DNA of 64,000 nucleotides from Octopus sinensis (Eukaryota): NCBI RefSeq assembly GCF_006345805.1, contig NC_043024.1, positions 2,728,001 to 2,792,000 of the forward strand, read 5' to 3'. Shown piece by piece: positions 37,146 to 47,380 of this stretch (position 1 is its first letter; each line of letters starts with the position of its first letter). The notes under the pieces were generated by a model. It saw only the letters and a program-made list of their open reading frames with translations, ran no database searches and was not told where the DNA came from. The position numbers and the translations under genes were made by a program.

Positions 37146-37260
37146 CACTGTCTTCAGCAACGGAAATATTGACAGAGCTTATGTCGTATTTTATTGTTGA
37201 GACATTAGAAATTAAAAGACAATATGAGAAAAACATCACAAACCCAAACACCCTAACATC

Positions 37261-37480
37261 TATAACAATGGATTATTTTCTAAGATGTTAATCCAGACAA
37301 TAAGACATTAATCCCCTTAATATCAGATCAATAACAATGGATTGTTATACTAAGATGTTAATCCTGTTCATAAGACATTAATCCTACTGGTATTACATCA
37401 TTAACAATAGATTATTTTCCGTGATGTTAATCCTGCTGATAAGCCATTAATCTTATTGATGTTACATTTTGCTATAAAAG
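37261..37480 (+). promoter_or_regulatory. Gene B promoter: three 69-70-bp repeats with TAATCC sites + TATA box
   Basis: TAATCC at 37289, 37309, 37359, 37379, 37428; TAATCT 37448; GGATTA 37270; AGATTA 37409; TATAAAAG 37473-37480, 62 nt before the ATG. Confidence 0.7.
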
Positions 37481-37534
37481 ACCTGAAAACTACCAAAACT
37501 TCACCATTCTAACCAACCACAACAAAACTACAAC

Positions 37535-37586
37535 ATGCTGGCATATCTCTCCGCATTCTGCTTCTTTGTTGCTGCCATCTCAACAG
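37535..37586 (+). CDS. Gene B exon 1 coding part: signal peptide MLAYLSAFCFFVAAIST
   Basis: Same 52 nt as gene A exon 1; donor GTAAAG at 37587, phase 1. Confidence 0.85.
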
Positions 37587-38417
37587 GTAAAGGAAATCTC
37601 AAAGAATTCCTTTATATCGTATTCCACATTTACCATATTTCTTTTATTCTTTTACAAAATTCGTCATCATTTTTTCTCTTATTCTTCATCTTCTTTCCTT
37701 ATCTTTTGAAGTTTTTAACTTTTAACTACTTTGTTGTTATCATTTCAAATTTAACATTCTGTCAATGAAGTTCTGCTAGTTCCAAATAGATATGTCTGGG
37801 TGATGCTGTGGCTGACATTCCTTGCTAATTTTTATTTTTACTACAGTCAGTCTTTAAAGACTTCATCTCAATGTTTGTTCACTAAAATACTATATATACT
37901 TTCTCAGTTCTTTCATAAATCTAGCAATAATAGATAGATTATACTTCACTGAAGAGGTCAAATAATACTGAAACATACCCAGAGTTGTCACATTTGAAAC
38001 AAAGATCAGATTTACTCCTCAATAATTCTATTTTTAGCAAATCTTAATTAAATCAATCTCATCTTCCATGTATTTCTCAATTACACTGAATCATTTAATT
38101 AATAATTATTTTCTTTTCCTATTATGACATATCCTAATTAATTAAAATTCCTTGCTTGATTACATTAATTATTTTAGGTATGATTTTACTACATGTGATA
38201 TAGTTGACTTGTGTATATAATGACAATCTTGTGAATTTAAATTTATGTCCTCAGGTGCCGGAGTGGCTGTGTGGTAAGTAGCTTGCTTACCAACCACATG
38301 GTTCTGGGTTCAGTCCCACTGCATGGCACCTTGGGCAAGTGTCTTCTACTATAGCCTTGGGCCAACCAAAGCCTCGTGAGTGGATTTGGTAGACGGAAAC
38401 TGAAAGAAGCCCGTCTG

Positions 38418-39745
38418 AAGGTTACGGAGAGGGTTATAGCCCAACTAATTAGAGAGAGAGTTAGCTTAGATCAGATGCAGTTTGGGTTCTGATGCTATTT
38501 TCCTGGTAAGATAGCTGCAGGAGAAATACCTAGTCAAAGACAAGCCCCTATTCCTGGCTTTTGTTGATATGGAGAAAGCCTTCGACACGGTCCCCCAATC
38601 CCTTATCTGGTGGTCAATGAGGAAACTAGGGATAGATGAATGGTTAGTGAGAGCTGTACAAGCCATGTACAGAGACACTGCTAGTAAGGTGAGGGTTGGC
38701 ATCGAGTACAGTGAAGAATTCAGGGTAGAGGTTGGGGTCCACCAAGGTTCAGTCCTCAGTCCCCTCCTATTTATCATAGTCCTCCAGGCAATAACGGAGG
38801 AATTCAAGACAGGATGCCCCTGGGAGCTCCTCTATGCTGATGACCTTGCTCTAATTGCTGAGTCTCTATCAGAACTGGAGGAGAAGTTTCAGGTGTGGAA
38901 GCAAGGTTTAGAATCGAAGGGCCTTAGAATCAACCTAGCCAAAACCAAAGTCCTAATAAGTAGGAAGGTAGACCAATCACAAACGCCTTCAGGTAGATGG
39001 CCTTGCTCGATCTGTAGAAAAGGTGTAGGTAGAAACTCTATAAGATGCACCAAGTGTAAGCTATAGACACATAAGAGGTGCAGCAATGTCAAAGGAAGGC
39101 TAACTAGGAAAATAGTTTTTATCTGTAGCAGATGCTCAGGAACAATAAACTCTGAAAATATGCAGAGACCAACTTCTATCATGATTCAGGGAGAAAAACT
39201 AGAAGTAGTTGATAGCTTCTGCTACCTAGGTGACCAAGTCAGTAGCGGGGGCGGGTGTGCTGAAAGTGTAACTGCTAGAGTAAGAATAGCCTGGGCAAAG
39301 TTTAGAGAGCTCTTACCCCTGCTGGTGATAAAAGGCCTCTCGCTCAAAGTAAAAGACAGACTGTATGATGCATGTGTACGTACAGCCATGCTACATGGTA
39401 GTGAAACTTGGGCTGTGACTGCTGAGGATTTGTGTAAGCTCGCAAGAAATGAAGCTAGTATGCTCCGTTGGATGTGTAATGTCAGTGTTCATAGTCGACA
39501 GAGTGTAAGTACCTTGAGAGAAAAGTTGAACCTAAGAAGCATCAGTTGTGGTGTGCAAGATAGACGATTGCGCTGGTATGGTCATGTGGCGAGAATGGAT
39601 GAAGATAGGTGTGTGAAAAAGTGCCACACCCTGGCAGCTGAGGGGACCTGTGGAAGAGGTGGACCCAGGAAAACCTGGGACGAGGTGGTGAAGCACGACC
39701 TTCGAACTTTAGGTCTCACCAAGGAAATGCCTTGAGACCGAGACC
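38418..39745 (+). mobile_element. 5'-truncated RTE-like LINE with a PHD-like finger inside the RT region
   Basis: QMQFGF, AFVDMEKAFD, GVHQGSVLSPLLF, LLYADDL, FCYLGD, LHGSETW, WYGHVARM; single in-frame TAG at 39064 between the two ORF-track pieces. Confidence 0.9.
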
Positions 39746-40203
39746 AGTGAGAACAGTGAAAATCAAAATCAAACCAAATCAAGTCAGATATCAGAAAGCA
39801 GAACCAAAATTGAGGTCGATCAACATCAGTGGAAGTTGCAGCTGTGCAAACCATCCGTTCGTGTCCGTTGCCAGCCTCATCTGGTCCCCGTGGGACCAGA
39901 ACCCGGAACCATGTGGTTGGTAAACAAGCTACTTACCACACAGCCACTCCTGCACCTATATACATATATACGACGGGCTTCTTTCAGTTTCCGTCTACCA
40001 AATCCACTCACAAGCTTTGGTCGGCCCGAGGCTATAGTAGAAGACACTTGCCCAAGGTGCCACGCAGTGGGACTGAAGCCGGAACCATGTGGTTCGCAAG
40101 CAAGCTACTTACCACACAGCCACTCCTACACATTTCTTACAAATAAACTGAATGAAATCAATGTTTTTTTTGTATATTTATTTATTATAATTTGCCCTTT
40201 CAG

Positions 40204-40350
40204 GTGACGGTCTCAGCATTGATTCATGTTTCTATCATGGAAAACCGTATCCTCTTGGAGAACACTTCATGGATGGCTGTAAATCTTGTGAATGCACTGG
40301 AAAAGGCCATGTAATATGTATTGGAGTTGCTGACTGCCCAGAACCAAATG
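40204..40350 (+). CDS. Gene B exon 2: module 1 (GDGLSIDSCFYHGKPYPLGEHFMDGCKSCECTGKGHVICIGVADCPEPN)
   Basis: Acceptor gccctttcAG, donor GTatct, 147 nt, phase 1-1; C-x16-C-x2-C-x-C-x7-C-x5-C. Confidence 0.88.
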
Positions 40351-41139
40351 GTATCTAAACATTTCTATTTTGTTTTATTCTGTAGACCTTTATATCATCA
40401 CAAGTGTTCATATCTCTTATATATAAAATCCATTCTGTGTGTGTGTGAGAGTGTTCTAGGATCTCGGGCATCCTCCATCTGATTGCATTCAAATTTGATA
40501 TGTAGATACCGATGGTATCAGGGCGTGTATAAGTCTTGAAAAAATTGCAAAAATCGATTCCAGGTGAGAATGTGATCGATAAAGCCATGGGAATGTGCAT
40601 TTGCACACGCAGGTACATCAGCTGTTGCAATCGATACTATGCATATGCAAGAAAAATGCACGTGCAGTTTGCGCAAGAAAATCATCATGTTTTTCCCTCT
40701 AGATTTACCTCCAGCTAACCCATTTGCATGCATCGTTTTTGTCCTGCTTTTCTTCCGTCAACCTGTACATAGCCACACCTTCCATCTGTTGTTGTTTTTG
40801 TACTGCTTAAAGGCACGTTTCTTTCCTGCCAAGCTTACTGTTTAAACCGTGCTTGTGTTCTCCCAGTCAACAGCCTTATCATTTCTGGTACTTTAAATTC
40901 TTTGGTTGCATATTTGTGTGAATAAAATTATTTTTCTTTGGAATAGAAAAAAAAGTCTATCTTTATTTCTTCTTTTGCTGGTGTCTCAAATTTAGGTTAA
41001 ATCAGTGTTTCTCAAAAGTTAGGCCTATGGGATGGTCGGACAAGTTGTTTTGAGAAAATTTGGTTGAAATGTTTGACAACTCAGCACCGCCCATTGGACG
41101 GGGGGGGGGGCGTTTTGCTCGTACATATATACATATAGA

Positions 41140-41800
41140 CATACATACATACATTGTGGCTGCCCCCTCGTTATCGAGTATGGCCATTGCACGAAGCTTA
41201 ACTGTTACTGGTGCTGTGATCGAATGTGACTTTTTAGCCCAGCTAAAGATCTACAATGTCTTGTACAGAATTGGCAGCTAAAACCTTTACCGGTAATAGC
41301 CGGCTCTAGTTGTAACTGGGCTTCATGTACCTTTGCATGTTGTTTAAGTCCTCCTGCCGAATTACACTTTCTTCCACATGCCCGACAGATATGATTAGTA
41401 TGGTGTGTAGCACCACCACCAGTGGCCAGGTTGTCACTCATCTGTCTCGTTTTATGACTACGAAGATGACTCATGAGTCCAGCTTTACTGAGGCAGGGTC
41501 TTGCACAGACATTGCATGTCAGCATCAAAGGAAGACCCTTCCAATCTGGAAGTGTAACAGCGATGCCCTTCCTGACATCCCTCCTTACTTTCTCATGTGC
41601 AACTCGAGATTTCTCAAACGTGGCTGTCCCCTCATGCACAATCCTTCTCCACCTGCTACGATCAATAGTCACAGTAGTTAAATTTGTGTGAGCCAAATGC
41701 TGTCTCGTTCCAGCGTAGTGTAGCTTTGTAACAGGTTGGCTTGCTTGGGAGAGCCGTGAGGACGTGTCCATTCAATTCGGCTGCAGCTTCAAGAGAGATC
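41140..41800 (-). mobile_element. 3' end of an RTE-like LINE with three terminal C2H2-type fingers
   Basis: DRSRWRRIVHEG..FEKSR (typical RTE post-RT segment), then CNVC..HLRSH, CRAC..HAKVH, CQFC..HIRSQH. Confidence 0.7.
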
Positions 41801-41929
41801 GATACAGCAGGAAATCTTGCTGTTGGTAGTTCTCTGCGCATGAGGGAACTTCCAGCGGCCTACCAGAAGATATCCAACTCTGCGCATGCGTGCTGAAAAC
41901 TTCCAAAATGGCGTGACTACCCAACCCTA

Positions 41930-42288
41930 CAACTATTAATTATTGATCTCTCTAAACTGATTGGTTATTGTCATTTTACTGTTCTATAAACTACTAATTA
42001 CTGATCTCTCTAAATTAATTAATTATAATTACGGCACTTCCCTATAAACTACTAATTACTGATCTCTCTAAATTAATTCGTTATAATTACGGCACTTCCC
42101 TATAAACTACTAATTACTGATCTCTCTAAATTAATTCGTTATAATTACGGCACTTCCCGATAAACTATTAATTACTGATCTCTCTAAATTAATTCGTTAT
42201 AATTATGGCACTTCCCTATAAACTACTAATTACTGATCTCTCTAAATTAATTGGTTATAATTACGGCACTTCCCTATAAACTACATAT
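41930..42288. repeat. 58-bp minisatellite, about 6 units
   Basis: Period of 58 measured at 42001/42059; ends about 40 nt before the exon 3 acceptor. Confidence 0.9.
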
Positions 42289-42328
42289 CTAAACCACCTG
42301 ATATTATTTCTATTTCTCGTTTGGTTAG

Positions 42329-42436
42329 TGTGTCATCACGAAGGTAAAACATACAAGGTAGGAGAAACCTTTCCTTCGCCCACAGGACAGTGCACATGCA
42401 CTGATGAACGTGGGATCATTTGTTCCCTCAATGAAG
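42329..42436 (+). CDS. Gene B exon 3: four-Cys module 2 (VCHHEGKTYKVGETFPSPTGQCTCTDERGIICSLNE)
   Basis: Acceptor ttggttAG, donor GTAAGT, 108 nt, phase 1-1; aligns with the other modules (G-x-x-Y-x-V-G-x-x-F). Confidence 0.85.
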
Positions 42437-43446
42437 GTAAGTTTATTTATTATACTATGGCAGGGGACGAGGGAGTCAGATGAATTCCTTCACTTTTCTC
42501 TATTTACTTTACTCTTTTACACTTTTACTTGTTTCAGTCATTTGACTGCGGCCATGCTGGAGAACTGCCTTTTTAGACGAGCAAATCGACCCCAGGACTT
42601 ATTCTTTGTAAGCCCAGTACTTATTCTATCGGTCTCTTTTGCCGAACCGCTAAGTGACGGGGACGCAAACACACCAGCATCGGTTGTCAAGCAATGCTAG
42701 GGGGACAAACACAGACACACACACACACACACATACATATATATATACATATATACGACGGGCTTCTTTCAGTTTCCATCTACCAAATCCACTCACAAGG
42801 CATTGGTCGGCCCAGGGCTATATCAGAAGACACTTGCCCAAGATGCCACGCAGTGGGACTGAACCCTGAACCATGTGGTTGGTTAGCAAGCTACTTACCA
42901 CACAGCCACTCCTGCGCCTAATCGTAACTTTAATCGTAATTTTTCACCAACAGCTGGAGAGATAACTGGGTCCCATTCTAATTTAGCCTGGTTTCTATTG
43001 TTGGATGCCCTTCTTAATGCCAACCACTTTACAGAGTGTACTGGGTGCTTGTACGCAGCTCCAGCATGGGTGCGTTCACATGGCATTGGCACAGGTGCTT
43101 TCCATGTGGCACCAGCTTCCATGAGACCACATGATTAGGATTACTTGTCTGAAGAGGGATGAAGGGGGCATGCCTGAATGCAAGGACAACTAGCATTTTA
43201 CATAGTTTGATGTGTCTACTCAAGCACAGCAAACTCCCAGGGGTCTTTGTCCCTTGTCATCTCCCCTGTGAGACCCAACACCTGAAGATCCTTTCTTACC
43301 AATTCGTCACACATCTTCCTGGATCCACTTCTCCACAATTAAAGACTGGCATTTCTTCATACTGCGTCTTCATCCACACAAACTACATGGCCATACCAGA
43401 AAAACCTTCTCTCTTGCACATTACACCTCATGCCTCTAATATCAAA

Positions 43447-43752
43447 CTAGCAATATCGCCCGGCGTTGCTCGGGTTTGTAAGGGAAATAACAATATAAGC
43501 ATTTTTAGGGAGTTACTTCTCTTATATAACCCGAGCAAAAATCATTAAAAATGCGGAAAAATGATGGTAAATATTTTTAAAATCGTAGACTCATCGTAGA
43601 CGCATGCTAATACCTAGAAGGGCTCGATATGAATGACGACTATAAGATACCCGCTTTTGGTTAAACTGCACCACAAAATGTGGGAGTAGTTAGGAATCTA
43701 ATTCGGAGGAGACATAGTCTCACACACACAACTTCAATTTTATATATAAAGA
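43447..43752 (-). mobile_element. Non-autonomous Helitron (306 bp)
   Basis: A|TC...CTAG|T; same family and length as 15879-16184. Confidence 0.85.
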
Positions 43753-43883
43753 TTTATTTCAATTGAATTTAAACTTAATTGTAATTCGAATTTAATTGTA
43801 CCCATGAAACGTACGAAGTTTTTTTACTTATTAAATATTGATCATTCATTTTTATACTTTTTGAAATCTAGTTATAAGTTATA

Positions 43884-44397
43884 TCTATATATATAAAACT
43901 GTAGTTGTGTGAGTGTCTGTCCCCTTCGATTTAGATTCCTAACTACTCCCACATTTTGCGGTGCAGTTTAACCAAATTCGGGTATCTTATAGTCGTGATT
44001 CATATCGAGCCCGTCTGGGTATTAGCGCGCGTCTACGATGAGTCTACGATTTAAAAAAAAATTTAACAACATTTTTTATTCCATTTTAATGCATATTTTT
44101 TCGTGTGTCGATGGCAGCGGAGTTGGCGTCCATGGTCACACCTGCACCTGTGTTGCTTCTCCCCCTTCTTCCCTCCCTCGTGAAGCTGTGGGGAAGGGAG
44201 TGTAAGGAAATCAACGTCGTAAAGCGTTGTCAAGGAGACCAGCGTTCTTTTAGAACAACGACTTCATGGCTTGAAGACACCAAAACAGAAATGGCTACGA
44301 AAGGCCGAATTGGCATCTATAAGGGAAGTAACTCTCTAAAAATGCTTATATAGTTATTTCCCTTACAAACCCGAGCAATGCCGGGCGATACTGCTAG
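43884..44397 (+). mobile_element. Non-autonomous Helitron (514 bp), related ends
   Basis: A|TCTATATATATAAAA...cccgagcaatgccggg cgatactgCTAG|T. Confidence 0.88.
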
Positions 44398-44869
44398 TGT
44401 TTTATAAAAATATATATTATTTGTTATTGATTATTGATTAAGGTGTATTCCTCCATTTTCTTATTTTGTATTATGAATTTGAGGTAAAACATTTTACCTT
44501 TGCCCATATAATACAATAAATGAATTAATTGCATCGTAATTCTTAGCATTTATGTATTAACTTTATTGGGTGCTTTACTGGCAGTATATTGGATTTATGT
44601 TATCCCATAGGAGGTTACACTCACAACCCCTATCTCAATTTGTTATTATTTGTTATTTATGTTTTGGTCTGTGTCTATCACTGTTTGAGTTGCATAATAG
44701 TGGTCTTATCTTTAATTTATATATTATATATATATATATATATATGTAAAAAAATACAAACTGGGACAAGAACGCAAAACATTTAGAAGACGATACAAAA
44801 AACACGGACGGGACATTCGAAGCCTTCAATCTTTGGTCAAGAACCGGATCATCATCGCAATTTCGGCTG

Positions 44870-44912
<43 letters not shown>

Positions 44913-45193
44913 TACATCTGTTTATATATACTATACACATACATACATAGAGAGAGAGGGAGAGGGAGAGGAGGAGAGAGACAACGGGCTTCTAATGTGT
45001 TTCTATCTGCCAAATTCTTCCAGAAGGGATTAGTTAATCCATGGCCATAGTAGAAGCCATGCAGTAGGACTGAACCCAAAACCAAATGGTTACAAAGCAA
45101 GCTTCTTAACCACACAGCCATGCCACTCACCCATGAACATCCATGTGGAATGATTTTTTGGTAACAACATCTTTCATTTTCCTTCCACTGCAG

Positions 45194-45327
45194 CTCATGA
45201 AAGAACCGTTCCTTATTGCTATTACAAAGGCAAAACTTACGGATTGGGAAAATTCAAAGACGGTAATTGCAACATCTGCCAATGTATGAAGAATGGTATT
45301 GTCGCCTGCACAATTGGGGTTTGCTAG
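45194..45327 (+). CDS. Gene B exon 4: module 3 and stop (AHERTVPYCYYKGKTYGLGKFKDGNCNICQCMKNGIVACTIGVC*)
   Basis: Acceptor ccactgcAG, phase 1; C-x16-C-x2-C-x-C-x7-C-x4-C; TAG 45325-45327; GTAAGT donor at 45335. Confidence 0.88.
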
Positions 45328-46282
45328 CATTAAGGTAAGTTCATCATCATCATCACCACCATCATCATAACCATTGCCCTTATTGTCATCAGCATCATCA
45401 TCATCACTATCATTGTCATCATAATCCTCATCGTCATCATCATTGTTGTCGTCGTCGTCGTCATCACCATCATCATCATTGCCATCATCAACAGCCGTCT
45501 GAGAATTTGGACCTGGAGATCTCCACTTCCAGCGACTTCGAGGGCCACCTCCCAGTGGTGTCGGGAGTCAACGAAGGGCCCTCGACTACAACAAGACGAC
45601 CAAAGTTTTTTTTTTTACTTTCCAAGGTCTGGGGTCTCCCGCCCCTAAGCCCTACACTATCACCTAAACAGCAGCAGTTTCATTTAACATCCTTTTTTCC
45701 ATGCTTGCATGGGTCAGAAGCAATTTGTTGAGGCAGACTTTTTTTCCTACAGCTGGATGCCCATCCTGTTGCCAACCCTCACCCGTTTCCAAGCAACATA
45801 ACGTTGCCATAGCTTGACATGTATCCCATGGAAGACTGGAGACAAACAACCCCGCTTGTAGTACAATGGCACTCGTTTACAACCGTCACATAATGTCTTG
45901 ACAAACGCACACACATACATTCTTTTAGTTTCTGTCTACCAAATCTACATACAATGATCTGGTCAGCCTAGGGCTATAGCAGAAGACCCTTCCCCAAGAT
46001 GCTGAGCAGTGGGACTGAACTCAAGACCACAGGGTTGGAAAGTAAGCTTAGGTTATGTAAAGAAATTTGACGAGTGAGTGTATAGGGCGGGTGTACCGTG
46101 AAGTAGCAAATTTAGACAAGAGAATCTTCTGAATATGTATTCCTTCGGCGGAGGTAAAAAAAATGTAATTACAATGCAATAAAAATCACTTGTGTATTAA
46201 TAATTGGGTATTCTACCAGCAGTATATTGGATAGATATTATCCCTTAGTTGGTTGCATTCACAACCTCTAACTCTCTTTGAA

Positions 46283-46322
<40 letters not shown>

Positions 46323-47263
46323 GTGTATCTTTCTGTTGAAGAGCTTCCCGTTATATATATATATAGCCGTATTTCGTCTGCCATTATGTTCTGAGTTCAA
46401 ATTCCGCCAAGGTCGACTTTGCCTTTCATCCTCTCGGGGTCGATTAAATAAGTACCACTTACGCACTGGGGTCAATGTAATCGACTTAATCCGTTTGTCT
46501 ATCCTTGTTTGTCCCCTCTGTGCTTAGCCCCTTGTGTGTAGTAAAGAAATAGGTATCCTGAAACTAGAGTCCTTACCTGAATGCTTGAAACAGAATGAAC
46601 TCTGCAAAAGGTATACAAAGTCCAGGTGGCAGTGTTAAAATGGCTGATGGGCAAAATTTACCACCTGAATACACCAGAATGAACAGACTAACTTTGAATT
46701 ATGTTGTAGTTGGCTTGAGTATTCCAAAGACAAACGTATTCTTTCAAACCCCAGGTAAAAGTAACCACTACATTCGTTTCAAACCATTGTACATTGGTCC
46801 CTCACAGGTGAGATTCTGTACAAATAGATAACGGTGGAGGTCGTATTCGTGGTGGGTTACCATATAAGGAAATATACCCTTGTAGGCGGCGAGCTGGCAG
46901 AAACGTTAGCACACCGGGCGAAATGCTAAGCTGTATTTCGTCTGCCATTACGTTCTGGGTTCAAATTCCGCCAAGGTCGACTTTGCATTTCATCCTTTCG
47001 GGGTCGATAAATTAAGTACCAGTTATGCACTGGGGTCGATGTGATTGACTTAATCCGTTTGTCTGTCCTTGTTTGTTCCCCTCTGTGTTTAGCCCCTTGT
47101 GGGTAGTAAAGAAATAGGTATACCGTTGTAGGTACTGCCCCAGCATGGCCACAGTCCAATATATGAAAGTAATGAAATAATATCAAAATAAAAGAACATG
47201 GTACTAGCAAGAATAACTGCTGCTGTTTGCATGATTAACTTTCCTCTTTTCTTTATATTCCAG

Positions 47264-47380
47264 AGAGATGTTCAATTCTGGAGAGACCTGGAAACTTCTA
47301 GAAGAAACCAAAGAGAAATATTGACATGATTTGGAAATGGATAAATTCTCAGAAATAAAAATTTGAAAATATTAACATTT
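47264..47380 (+). other. Gene B exon 5, non-coding 3'UTR exon
   Basis: Acceptor ttttctttatattccAG ends 47263; AATAAA 47354-47359; near-identical to gene A exon 5. 3' end approximate. Confidence 0.7.

Larger units (their letters stand above)
35835..38240. repeat. Right arm of the inverted segmental duplication
   Basis: Reverse complement of about 16560-19280. Confidence 0.9.

Noticed and set aside
41205-41771. Stand-alone C2H2 zinc-finger gene
   Set aside because: N-terminal part is an RTE post-RT segment, there are no TGEKP linkers, and it lies antisense in an intron; treated as a LINE 3' end.
46595-46831. 78-aa ORF between two SINEs in gene B intron 4
   Set aside because: No recognisable motif, no Cys module, no consistent splice phase with the gene.
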